A stretch of DNA of 64,000 nucleotides, from assembly GCA_963750095.1 (NCBI GenBank), contig CAVVPJ010000016.1:9806-73805 (forward strand). Direction: 5' to 3'. The notes beneath the pieces are model-generated. The model was not told where the DNA came from. It searched no databases and saw nothing but the letters and a program-made list of their open reading frames with translations. Positions within the stretch are counted from its first letter, which is position 1. Every line of letters begins with the position of its first letter. The translations under genes and the position numbers were made by a program. This DNA is from an uncultured Actinomycetota bacterium (GTDB taxonomy: Bacteria > Actinomycetota > Actinomycetes > Mycobacteriales > Pseudonocardiaceae). Below, one piece after another: positions 19,782 to 28,913 of the stretch.

Positions 19782-21023
19782 ATGGTTCTCGTCCTGAGCT
19801 TCGGTGTGGTCCTCGTGCTCACCGTGGCGTTGTCCGGACTGGCCGCGCGCTCGATCCTTTCGACGGCGCTGGTGTTCCTCGCCGCGGGCGCGCTCGTCGG
19901 GCCCGGGATCCTGGGCCTGATCGACGTCTCTGCCCAGGGACCCCTGGTGCGCGGACTGGCCGACCTGGCCCTGTTCACCGTCCTGTTCGTGGACGGGGGC
20001 AGGCTCCCGCTGGCGCAGCTGCGCGCGGAGTGGCGGCTTTCCGGGCGCGCGCTGGGTCTGGGCATGCCGCTCAGCCTGGTGCTGGTCGCGGTGGCCACCC
20101 ACCTGCTGGTCGGCCTGGACTGGGTGACGGCGCTCCTCGTGGGCGCGATCCTCTCCCCCACCGACCCCGTGTTCGCGTCCGCCATCGTGGGCCGCGACCA
20201 GGTGCCCTTGCGACTGCGGCGCATCCTCAACGTCGAGTCGGGGCTGAACGACGGGCTCGCGCTGCCGTTCGTGCTGGTGTTCCTGGCGCTCTCGACCGGT
20301 GGCGATGCGGGCCTCGGGCACGTTGCCGTGGACCTGGTGCTCGGACTCGTCCTGGGCGTCGGCCTGCCCCTGGTGGTGACCGCCCTGTTCCGGGTGCCCG
20401 TGCTCGGGTCGGAGCCGCGCCTGCAGCCGCTGGGCCCGCTCGCCGTGGCGGTCGTGCTCTACGGGCTGTGCGCGCTCACAGGAGCCAACTCCTACCTGGC
20501 CGCGTTCAGCGCGGGCATCACGATCGCGACCGTCGCCCCGGAGCCGTCGCGCTCCTTCGAGCCGTTCGGCGAGCTGGTCTCGGAGCTGACGAAGTTCGCG
20601 GCGGTGCTGGTCTTCGGCGCCCTGCTCACGCCCGCGTTCTTCGCGGACCTGCCCTTGGGCGCATGGGCGGTCGCGCTGCTCTCGCTGCTGCTGGTGCGGC
20701 CAGCCTCGGTGCTGATCTCCCTGCTGTGGACAGGGCTGCCGCGCCGGGAACGCTACGCCGCGGCCTGGTTCGGGCCGAAGGGCTTCGCCTCGGTCGTCTA
20801 CGGCCTGCTCGCGGTGCAGTCAGGCCTGGCGGGAGCGCAGACCGTCTTCCAGGTGGTCGCACTGACCATCACCGTGTCGATCATCGCGCACAGCACGACC
20901 GACGTGCCCGTCTCGCGCATGTTCGACGTCGAGGAGCTGGCCGGGCTGCCCCCGGAGGACGAGCACAACCCGGAGGACGCCGCACGCCCGGAGTCCGGTG
21001 AGGACGCTGCAGGCCCCGGGTGA
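19782..21023 (+). CDS. CPA1/NhaP-type cation:proton antiporter
   Basis: LSPTDPV, ILNVESGLNDGLALP, WFGPKGFASVV; ~12 TM. Confidence 0.9.
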   Translation: MVLVLSFGVVLVLTVALSGLAARSILSTALVFLAAGALVGPGILGLIDVSAQGPLVRGLADLALFTVLFVDGGRLPLAQLRAEWRLSGRALGLGMPLSLVLVAVATHLLVGLDWVTALLVGAILSPTDPVFASAIVGRDQVPLRLRRILNVESGLNDGLALPFVLVFLALSTGGDAGLGHVAVDLVLGLVLGVGLPLVVTALFRVPVLGSEPRLQPLGPLAVAVVLYGLCALTGANSYLAAFSAGITIATVAPEPSRSFEPFGELVSELTKFAAVLVFGALLTPAFFADLPLGAWAVALLSLLLVRPASVLISLLWTGLPRRERYAAAWFGPKGFASVVYGLLAVQSGLAGAQTVFQVVALTITVSIIAHSTTDVPVSRMFDVEELAGLPPEDEHNPEDAARPESGEDAAGPG

Positions 21024-21060
21024 GATCGGGTTGAGCGACGCGCGGGTCGGTCCGGTCAGC

Positions 21061-22170
21061 TCACGCGGCCCGATACCGTTCGAGGTCGCTGTCCTTGAGC
21101 TCCAACCCGTGGCCCGCCCGTGACCGGTCAGGACGCAGAACGCCGCCTGCCTCCGGTTCGAGCACGCCGTCGAACGCGATCCGCTCGATGCGCTCGTGGT
21201 CGTGGAAGTACTCGAGATGGCGCAGGTGCCAGACGGCTGTGCCTGCGTGCGCGGACACCTGGGGCGCGCAGTGCAGTGACAGGTCGATGCTGCGTGCGTC
21301 GCAGAGCGGCGCGATCCGCAGCAGCGCGCTCAGCCCGCCGCAGCGGGTGACGTCGGCCTGCAGGCAGTCGACGGCACCGGCCGCGAGCAGGTGATGGAAG
21401 TAGGCCAGGCCGTACCCGTACTCACCGGCGGCGATGTCCATCCCGCCGGGCCCGCGGTCGCGCACCAGGCGCAGGCCTTCGACGTCGTCGGAGCTGACGG
21501 GCTCTTCGAGCCAGCGGACGTCGAACTCGGTGAGCCTCTGGGCCCACCCGAGCGCCTGCTTGCGCGAGTAGGCGCCGTTGGCGTCGACGAACAGCTCGAC
21601 GTCGTCGCCGACCGTGTTCCGGGCGACCTGCAACCGGCCGGGGTCCGCCCCGGGGTCTCGCCCGATCTTCATCTTCACCCGCGGGATGCCCGCCTCGACC
21701 CACCCGCGGAGCTGGTCGGCGAGCATACGGTCGTCGTAGGAGGTGAACCCGCCACTGCCGTAGATCGGGGTGGCCTCGTGCACGGCGCCGAGCAGGGTGG
21801 AGAGCGGCAGGTCGACCAGGCGGGCGTACAGGTCCCACAGTGCGACGTCGACCGCCGAGAGCGACTCGGCCACCAGACCCGGTCTCCCGAGGTTGCGCAC
21901 CGCATGCAGCATCGCCGCCCAGGACGCGGCGGGCGTCGCCGCATCCCGCCCGCATACGGCGCCCGCCAGCTTCTCGGTGACCACCGACACCGCGGACGGC
22001 CCGGCGTAGGTGTACCCGATGCCTGTCTTCCCGGCCGCGTGCGCCCTGACCACGACGAGCGTGGTGGAGTCCCAGCTCAGGGTGCCGTCCGACTCGGGTG
22101 CGTCGGTGGGGATCGTGTACGCGGCCGCCTCCAGCCGCTCGACGGAGGCCGCCGGTCCCTTCTCATGCAT
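21061..22170 (-). CDS. Mandelate racemase/muconate lactonizing enzyme (enolase superfamily)
   Basis: KMKIG, VDANGAY, WLEEP, AAGEY, DCLQADVTRCGG. Confidence 0.9.
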   Translation of the reverse strand: MHEKGPAASVERLEAAAYTIPTDAPESDGTLSWDSTTLVVVRAHAAGKTGIGYTYAGPSAVSVVTEKLAGAVCGRDAATPAASWAAMLHAVRNLGRPGLVAESLSAVDVALWDLYARLVDLPLSTLLGAVHEATPIYGSGGFTSYDDRMLADQLRGWVEAGIPRVKMKIGRDPGADPGRLQVARNTVGDDVELFVDANGAYSRKQALGWAQRLTEFDVRWLEEPVSSDDVEGLRLVRDRGPGGMDIAAGEYGYGLAYFHHLLAAGAVDCLQADVTRCGGLSALLRIAPLCDARSIDLSLHCAPQVSAHAGTAVWHLRHLEYFHDHERIERIAFDGVLEPEAGGVLRPDRSRAGHGLELKDSDLERYRAA

Positions 22171-22322
22171 GACCCCGGCTACCCGTTCGGCGGCCCGCGA
22201 CTCCCGGCGCCTGCCCGTCGGCACCTTCGTCAGGAGATCGCATGGTGCTCCCCGAGGATCACGCCCGTCGCGACGGGTAGCTCGACGGGGTCACTGAGCA
22301 TCGACGAGATACGAGGGCCGCC

Positions 22323-24137
22323 ATGTCGAAGGTTGCCGATTATGTCCTGGAACGACTCACGGAATGGGGGATCGACCGCATCTACGGATACCCCGGCGAC
22401 GGGATCAACGGTTTTCTGGGTGCGCTGGACCGAGCCGACGGGCATCCCGAGCTGATCCAGCCGCGGCACGAGGAGATGGGCGCGTTCATGGCAGGCGCCC
22501 ACGCGAAGTTCACCGGCGAGATCGGCTGCTGCATGGCCACCTCCGGAGGAGGCGCGATCCACCTGCTCAACGGCCTGTACGACGCGAAGCTCGACCATCA
22601 GCCGGTGGTGGCCATCGTCGGGCAGCAGAAGCGGTTCTCCCTCGGCGCGGGCTTCCAGCAGGAGATCGACCCGACGCTGCTGTTCAGCGACGTGTCGGAG
22701 TTCGTGCAGACCTGTATGCACCCGGCCCAGGCGCGCCAGCTGGTGGACCGGGCCTGCAAGGTGGCGCTGTCCAACCGGACGGTTGCGACGATCATCTTCC
22801 CGGTCGACGTGCAGGAGGAGGACGCGCAGCCGTCGCCGCCGCGCACCCACGGCGCCGTCTACACCAGCGTCGGCTACACGACGCCCCGCGTCGTTCCTCC
22901 CGAGACGGAGCTGCGCAAGGCCGCGGAGATCCTCAACGCGGGCAGCAAGGTCGCCATGCTGGTCGGGCAGGGCGCCGCCGAGGCCGAGAACGAGGTCGTG
23001 CAGGCCGCCGAGCTGCTCGGCGCGGGCGTGGCCAAGACCCTCCTCGGGCGGGAGGTGCTGCCCGACGACCTGCCCTACGTCACCGGGCCGATCGGGCTGC
23101 TCGGCTCGACCGCCAGCTACGAGCTGATGACGGGCGCGGACACCCTGTTCCTTGTCGGCACCAGCTTCCCCTACTCGGAGTGGCTGCCTGAGGAGGGCCA
23201 GTGCAAGGCCGTCGAGATCGACCTCGACGGTCGGATGATCGGGGTGCGCTACCCCGTCCAGGCCAACCTCGTCGGCGACTCCAAGGACACGCTGCAGGCG
23301 TTGATCCCGCTGCTCAAGCGCAAGGAGGACCGGTCATGGCGGGAGAAGATCGAGCACGAGGTCGACGAGTGGTGGCGGGTGCTCGACGACCGCGCCCATG
23401 AGTCCGCCGACCCGCTGAACCCCCAGCTGGTGGCCTACGAGCTGTCCCCGCGCCTCCCCGACGGCGCGATCATCACCGCCGACTCCGGGTCGTCCACCAA
23501 CTGGTGGGCGCAGTACCTGCGGCTGCGGCCGGGGATGCGGGCGTCGCTGGCGGGCACGCTCGCGACCATGGGCGCGGGCACGCCGTACGCGATCAGCGCC
23601 AAGTTCGCCTACCCCGACCGACCGGTGATCGCGCTCGTCGGGGACGGGGCGTTCCAGATGAGCGGCATGGCCGAGCTGGTCACCGTCAAGCGCTATCAGG
23701 AGCGGCTGACCGCGCAGAACCCGACGCTGGTCTTCTGCGTGTTCAACAACCAGGACCTCAACCAGGTCACCTGGGAGCAGCGCGCCGAGTCCGGCGACCC
23801 CAAGTTCATGGGCTCGCAGTGGATCCCCGACGTGCCCTACGCCGAGTTCGCCAAGCTGCTCGGGTTCGAAGGCATCAAGGTCGACGACCCCGCCGACCTG
23901 GGCGCGGCCTGGGACCGGGCGCTGGCCGCCGACCGTCCCTGCGTGCTGGAGGTGGTGGTCGATCCCGAGATCCCGCCGATCCCGCCGCACATCAAGAAGG
24001 AGCTGGGCAAGAAGTCCGCGACCGCGATGCTCAAGGGCGACCCCGAGGAGGTCGGCGTGATCACCAAGGGGGCCAAGCAGAAGATGCACGAGTTCACCGA
24101 ATCGGTGCGGAGCGCGTTGCCGGGGAAGGACCGGTGA
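22323..24137 (+). CDS. Thiamine-pyrophosphate enzyme, pyruvate oxidase (PoxB)-like, paralog 1
   Basis: YGYPGDGIN, RHEEMGAF, GDGAFQM...NNQDLNQVTWE. Confidence 0.9.
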   Translation: MSKVADYVLERLTEWGIDRIYGYPGDGINGFLGALDRADGHPELIQPRHEEMGAFMAGAHAKFTGEIGCCMATSGGGAIHLLNGLYDAKLDHQPVVAIVGQQKRFSLGAGFQQEIDPTLLFSDVSEFVQTCMHPAQARQLVDRACKVALSNRTVATIIFPVDVQEEDAQPSPPRTHGAVYTSVGYTTPRVVPPETELRKAAEILNAGSKVAMLVGQGAAEAENEVVQAAELLGAGVAKTLLGREVLPDDLPYVTGPIGLLGSTASYELMTGADTLFLVGTSFPYSEWLPEEGQCKAVEIDLDGRMIGVRYPVQANLVGDSKDTLQALIPLLKRKEDRSWREKIEHEVDEWWRVLDDRAHESADPLNPQLVAYELSPRLPDGAIITADSGSSTNWWAQYLRLRPGMRASLAGTLATMGAGTPYAISAKFAYPDRPVIALVGDGAFQMSGMAELVTVKRYQERLTAQNPTLVFCVFNNQDLNQVTWEQRAESGDPKFMGSQWIPDVPYAEFAKLLGFEGIKVDDPADLGAAWDRALAADRPCVLEVVVDPEIPPIPPHIKKELGKKSATAMLKGDPEEVGVITKGAKQKMHEFTESVRSALPGKDR

Positions 24138-27100
24138 CCGCCCAGCGCGAGGTCACCGTCCCGGCGCGCACCGACCCGCGCTTCGCGGCTGGCATGGCGG
24201 GGACGGTGACGATCAACGTCAAGGGCCTGGAGCGACATCTGCGCCGCCATGTCACCGGCGAGGTGCGGTTCGACCGCGGCTCGTTGGCGATGTACGCCAA
24301 CGACTCGTCGAACTTTCGCCAGGTGCCGGTCGGGGTGGTCGTGCCGAAGACGCTCGACGACGTCGTCGCCACGGTGCGGGCCTGCCACCGCTACCGGGCG
24401 CCGGTGCTCTCCCGCGGCGGCGGCACCAGCCTCTCCGGGGAGACGGTCAACAACGCCGTCGTCATCGACTTCTCGAAGTACCTCACCGGCATCGACGACG
24501 TCGATCCTGCCGCGAAGCGGGTGACGGCCGAGACCGGAGTGATCAACGAGCAGCTCAACAAGGTCACCGGCGAGCACGGACTGGTGTTCGGGCCCGACCC
24601 GTCGTCGCACTCGCGCTGCACGATCGGCGGCAACATCGGCAACAACTCCTGCGGGATCCACTCCGTGCAGGCCCGCCATTACGGTCCCGGCCCGCGCACA
24701 TCCGACAACACCTGCGCGCTGGAGGTCGTGACCTACGACGGCGAACGCTTCTGGGTCGGGGTCGACGAGGAGAAGCGCCTCGACCAGATCATCGCCGCAG
24801 GCGGGCGCAAGGGCGAGATCTACGCCAAGCTCCGGGACCTGCGGGACCGCTACGCCGACGACATTCGGGCGGGATATCCGTCGGTGGACACCCTTCCGCG
24901 GCGGGTCTCGGGCTACAACCTCGACGAGCTGCTGTCCGAAAAGGGGTTCAACGTCGCCCGCGCCCTGGTCGGGACCGAAGGCACCTGCGCCATCGCGCTG
25001 CGCGCCGTGCTGCTGCTCACCCCAGGGATGTACCAGCGCACCACGGTGCTCGTGCACTATCCCGGGCTGGCCGAGGCGGCGAGCCACGTCACCGAGATCA
25101 TGGCGTGGAAACCGATCGGGCTCGAGGCGATCGACGAGCGGCTCATCGAGGAACAGCAGCTCAAGCACATCAACGTCCATGGCCTGCATGAGCTGCCCCG
25201 CCGCGACGAGGGCGGCGCCTGGCTGATGGTCCAGTTCGGGGCGGACACCACCGAGGAGTCGGTGTCTCGCTGCGCGGAGTTCGTCGCATGGCTGCGCAAC
25301 GAGAAGGACTACGCCGAGGACCGCATCACGGTGGCGAAGAGCGCCCAGGAGGGCGGCAACAGCGAGGATCTCTGGGCCATCCGCGAGAGCGGCCTCGGGT
25401 CGACGGCCTTCCCGCCCGATGGTGACCACTGGCCCGGGTGGGAGGACTCCGCAGTGCCGCCGGACCGGGTTGGCGACTACGTCCGCGACCTGAAAGCCCT
25501 CTACGCCCGGCACGGGCTGGTGGGCGCCATGTACGGCCACCTCGGCGAGGGGTGCATCCACTCCCGGATCAGCTTCGACCTGCTCACCGCCGACGGCCTG
25601 CGGACCTACCGCGCCTTCCTTGAGGAGGCGGCCGACCTCGTCACCCGCTACGGCGGGACCCTCTCCGGCGAGCACGGCGACGGCCAGCAGCGTGCCGAGC
25701 TGCTGGAGAAGCAGTACGGGCCGCGGCTCATGACGGCCATGCGGGAGTTCAAAGCCATCTGGGACCCGGACGGGAAGATGAACCCGGGCAAGGTGATCGA
25801 CGCCTACCGGCTCGACGAGAACCTCAAGCTCGGCCTCGACTACAACCCCTGGCGACCCGCCGTGCGGTTCGCCTACGCCGAGGACCACGGGGACTTCGCC
25901 CACGCCGCGCTGCGCTGTGTGGGCGTGGGCAAGTGCCGCGACCCCGAGGCCACCCAGACCATGTGCCCCAGCTACCAGGTCACCCACGAGGAGAGACACA
26001 CCACCCGCGGGCGGTCCCGGCTGCTGTTCGAGATGCTGCGGGGGGAGGTCATCACGGACGGCTGGCAGTCCAAGGAGGTCGCCGAGGGCCTGGAGCTCTG
26101 CCTGGCCTGCAAGGGCTGCACCAGCGACTGCCCCGTCGACGTGGACATGCCCACCTACAAGGCCGAGTTCCGCCACCACCACTACCGGTCCTGGCGGCGC
26201 TGGCGGCCGCGCTACGCATACGCCTTCGGCTTCATCGACCAGGCAGCGCGGCTCGCGTCGTGCGTGCCCGAGCTGGTCAACGCGGTGACTCAGACCCCCG
26301 GTCTCGCCCGGCTGGCCAAGCTCTCGGCGGGCCTCGACCGGCGCAGGCCGCTGCCTACGTTCGCCCCGCAGACCCTCCAGCAGTGGTTCGCCGCCCGTGG
26401 CGGCACCCGCAATCTCGGCGGACCGCGGGTCGTGCTGTTCCCGGACACCTTCAACAACCACCTGCACACCGACGTCGGCGTGGCCTGCGTGGAGGCCATC
26501 GAAGCCGCGGGCTGGCAGGTGATCATGCCCCAGGTGCACGTCTGCTGCGGGCGGCCGCTGTACGACTACGGCTTCCTCGACGCCGCCGAACGCTACCTGC
26601 GGCGCGTCCTCGACGTCCTGCGCGAGGACATCCGGACGGGCACGCCGGTCGTCGGCATGGAACCCAGCTGCCTGGCTGTGTTCAAGGACGAGCTGGTGAA
26701 GATGCTGCCCCACGACGACGACGCCAGGCGGCTCGCGGCGAGCGCCTACCACTTCGGCGAGTTCTTCACCGCACACGACATCCAGCCGCCCCGGCTGGGC
26801 GGTCGGGCACTGCTGTGGGGCCACTGCCACCACCGTGCCACCGGCGGAGTCGACCCCGAGCGGCAGGTTCTCGAGCGCATGGGCGTGACGGTCGACCCCG
26901 TCAAGGGCGGCTGTTGCGGGCTCGCGGGCTCGTGGGGCTTCGAGAAGGGGAAGTACGGCATCTCGCTGGAGTGCGGCGAGCAGGCGCTCCTGCCCGCCGT
27001 GCGGGCCGCCGCCGACGACACGGTCGTGGTCGCGAACGGGTTCTCGTGCAAGACCCAGATCGCCGACGCAGGCACCGGGCGGCGCGCCCTGCACCTCGGC

Positions 27101-27289
27101 GAGGTGATGGCCATCGCCCGGGAGCACGGAGCGGCCGGGGGGCTCGACGGTCGCCCGGAGTCGAGGCGCGCCCCGCGACCGACGCCATCGACGGGCCTCC
27201 GCGCGGTGCGTCTCGCCCTGCCCACGGCGCTGGCTGCGGTCGGGGTCGCCGCCGTCGGTCGAAGCCTGGCACAGAGGCTCGCCCGGTGA
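24134..27289 (+). CDS. FAD-binding + Fe-S (GlcD/GlcF-fusion type) oxidoreductase, paralog 1
   Basis: SRGGGTSLSG, SGEHGDG, CVGVGKC, CLACKGC, CCG domains; GTGA overlap with the TPP gene. Confidence 0.9.
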   Translation: MTAQREVTVPARTDPRFAAGMAGTVTINVKGLERHLRRHVTGEVRFDRGSLAMYANDSSNFRQVPVGVVVPKTLDDVVATVRACHRYRAPVLSRGGGTSLSGETVNNAVVIDFSKYLTGIDDVDPAAKRVTAETGVINEQLNKVTGEHGLVFGPDPSSHSRCTIGGNIGNNSCGIHSVQARHYGPGPRTSDNTCALEVVTYDGERFWVGVDEEKRLDQIIAAGGRKGEIYAKLRDLRDRYADDIRAGYPSVDTLPRRVSGYNLDELLSEKGFNVARALVGTEGTCAIALRAVLLLTPGMYQRTTVLVHYPGLAEAASHVTEIMAWKPIGLEAIDERLIEEQQLKHINVHGLHELPRRDEGGAWLMVQFGADTTEESVSRCAEFVAWLRNEKDYAEDRITVAKSAQEGGNSEDLWAIRESGLGSTAFPPDGDHWPGWEDSAVPPDRVGDYVRDLKALYARHGLVGAMYGHLGEGCIHSRISFDLLTADGLRTYRAFLEEAADLVTRYGGTLSGEHGDGQQRAELLEKQYGPRLMTAMREFKAIWDPDGKMNPGKVIDAYRLDENLKLGLDYNPWRPAVRFAYAEDHGDFAHAALRCVGVGKCRDPEATQTMCPSYQVTHEERHTTRGRSRLLFEMLRGEVITDGWQSKEVAEGLELCLACKGCTSDCPVDVDMPTYKAEFRHHHYRSWRRWRPRYAYAFGFIDQAARLASCVPELVNAVTQTPGLARLAKLSAGLDRRRPLPTFAPQTLQQWFAARGGTRNLGGPRVVLFPDTFNNHLHTDVGVACVEAIEAAGWQVIMPQVHVCCGRPLYDYGFLDAAERYLRRVLDVLREDIRTGTPVVGMEPSCLAVFKDELVKMLPHDDDARRLAASAYHFGEFFTAHDIQPPRLGGRALLWGHCHHRATGGVDPERQVLERMGVTVDPVKGGCCGLAGSWGFEKGKYGISLECGEQALLPAVRAAADDTVVVANGFSCKTQIADAGTGRRALHLGEVMAIAREHGAAGGLDGRPESRRAPRPTPSTGLRAVRLALPTALAAVGVAAVGRSLAQRLAR

Positions 27290-27480
27290 AGAACGGCGGT
27301 CACGATCCCGACCGCGGAAGGGAGGTTCGCCGTGCTCGCTGACGAGCCGAACCACGACGTCCCCGCGCCGACCGCGAACCGGGCGCACGACCGCTGACCG
27401 GGCGCGCCGCTCGGGCCGCAGTGCATATCCCGGCCGCGTCGGGGAAACCCCTCCGGCACCAGAGCGAGAGGAGCACGACG

Positions 27481-27900
27481 ATGGCAACGCCTTCCGATCC
27501 CGAGCAGCACGCCGGAGAGGGTTCGACCGCCGACCTGATGCAGGCTCTCATGCGGGACCTGCGACGGCTCGTCCGCGAGGAGCTCGCCACGGCCAAGGAC
27601 GAGCTGGCCGCGACGGTCCGCCGCGATACGCGCGCGGGCATGCTGCTCGGCGCCGCCGCCGCGTCCAGCGTGGTGGCCGGAGGCACATCGGCGGTGGTCG
27701 TGCTCCGCGCGCTCGACCGGTTCCTGCCCCCCGCCGCCGCCTCCGCGGCGGCGACCGGGCTGTGGGCGGCGGGCGCGGTCGCGCTGGCGCGCGCGGGAGT
27801 CGCCGAGCTGCGCCGAGCCGGGCCGCTGCTGCCCCGTCAGACCGCGCAGAACCTGCGGGCTGATGCCGAGACCCTCCGGTCCGCCGCGGCGGACCGCTGA
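27481..27900 (+). CDS. Phage-holin-like (DUF1469-type) membrane protein
   Basis: STADLM..L..DL..LVREELATAKDEL, two TM, P.QTAQNLRADAE; GAGGAG RBS. Confidence 0.75.
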   Translation: MATPSDPEQHAGEGSTADLMQALMRDLRRLVREELATAKDELAATVRRDTRAGMLLGAAAASSVVAGGTSAVVVLRALDRFLPPAAASAAATGLWAAGAVALARAGVAELRRAGPLLPRQTAQNLRADAETLRSAAADR

Positions 27901-27930
27901 GGCGCCGCCGGAGGCGTGTCCGCCAGGGCC

Positions 27931-28073
27931 CCGTTGGCCTCGACATGGGCGCCCAGCGCCGCGAGGTTCGCCCGGCCCCGCGCGGTCGAGGGATCGAAGT
28001 CCGGGTCCGGATCCTTGCGGCGAGCTTGCAATTGCTCGCCGCGCACGACACTGCGCCGGGTCCTTCGCGCCAT
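27931..28073 (-). pseudogene. qcrC: qcrC remnant (both heme motifs lost)
   Basis: Near-identical to 18906-19015 joined to 19262-19294 via cgcc microhomology; reads MARRTRRSVVRG|EQLQARRKDPDP...VEANG then diverges. Confidence 0.85.
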
Positions 28074-28124
28074 CGGCCGCCTCCCTGGTCCGCGCACCCG
28101 GGCCCCCTCGCACCGGCCGACGGC

Positions 28125-28201
28125 GTGCCCCATCGTCGTGGTGGCAGACCGGCGAGCCCGAAATCCCGGGACCGGGTTTCGACACCGCCGACGACGGGCA
28201 T
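28125..28201. promoter_or_regulatory. Divergent SigB/SigF-type promoters (copy 2); ctaC-facing one intact, qcrC-facing one degraded
   Basis: Plus GTTT(28176-79)-N16-GGGCAT(28196-201); minus GTCT-N15-GGGCAC. Confidence 0.55.
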
Positions 28202-28259
28202 GAGCGGAAGGCTCCGACCCCAGCTCCCGATCCACCGACAGCGACCCCCGGAGGCCGCG

Positions 28260-28913
28260 GTGCCGTTCCGCAGCGTGTTCGCACCACTGATGACGATCTG
28301 GGCGGCGATCGCCGCGGTCGTCTTCGTCATCGTGACCGGTCTGTTGCTCTTCGCGATCGTGCGCAACCGCGCACGGCGCAGGCAACACCTGCCTTTCGCC
28401 GCGTCGTCGCACCCGGTGGTGGAGATCGCCTACGCGGTGTTCCTCGGCGCGGTCGCCGCGGCACTGGCGACGGCCAGCCTCCTGACGATCTCCCGGCTGC
28501 ACGAGGGCGTCGGGCTCGCTGCGGACACGACGACGCCCGCGGCGCGCGTCGACGTCACCGCGTTCCAGTGGTGCTGGGACTTCTCCTATCCGGGCACCGC
28601 CGTGGACCGCACCGGCGACTGCACGGCAGGCGTCTATCCGACCGTGGTGGTTCCGGCGGGGCAGCCGGTGGAGTTCGCCATCACCTCCCGGGACGTGGTG
28701 CATTCCTTCTGGCTGCCCGACTTCGACGCCAAGATGGACGCCTACCCCAGCCACGAGAACACCCTGCGGATGATCTTCCCGGAACAGGGCCGCTTCCGCG
28801 GGCGCTGCTCGGAGTTCTGCGGGGTCCACCACGCGACCATGGACTTCTGGGTGCAGGTCGTCTCGCCCGCCCAGTACCAGCAGTTCCTGGCGAGCGGCGG
28901 GGCGAGCGCGTGA
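28260..28913 (+). CDS. ctaC: Heme-copper oxidase subunit II (CuA)
   Basis: Two TM, FQWCWDFSY, TSRDVVHSFW, CSEFCGVHHATM; GGAGG RBS before GTG 28260 (alternative ATG 28200 lies inside the promoter). Confidence 0.9.
   Translation: MPFRSVFAPLMTIWAAIAAVVFVIVTGLLLFAIVRNRARRRQHLPFAASSHPVVEIAYAVFLGAVAAALATASLLTISRLHEGVGLAADTTTPAARVDVTAFQWCWDFSYPGTAVDRTGDCTAGVYPTVVVPAGQPVEFAITSRDVVHSFWLPDFDAKMDAYPSHENTLRMIFPEQGRFRGRCSEFCGVHHATMDFWVQVVSPAQYQQFLASGGASA

Noticed and set aside
27481-27900. Holin-like gene as evidence of a prophage
   Set aside because: The family is common in actinobacterial stress loci, and there are no other phage genes in the window
28200-28259. ATG 28200 as ctaC start
   Set aside because: It overlaps the predicted -10 box, has no RBS, and the paralogous copy has indels here; GTG 28260 has a GGAGG
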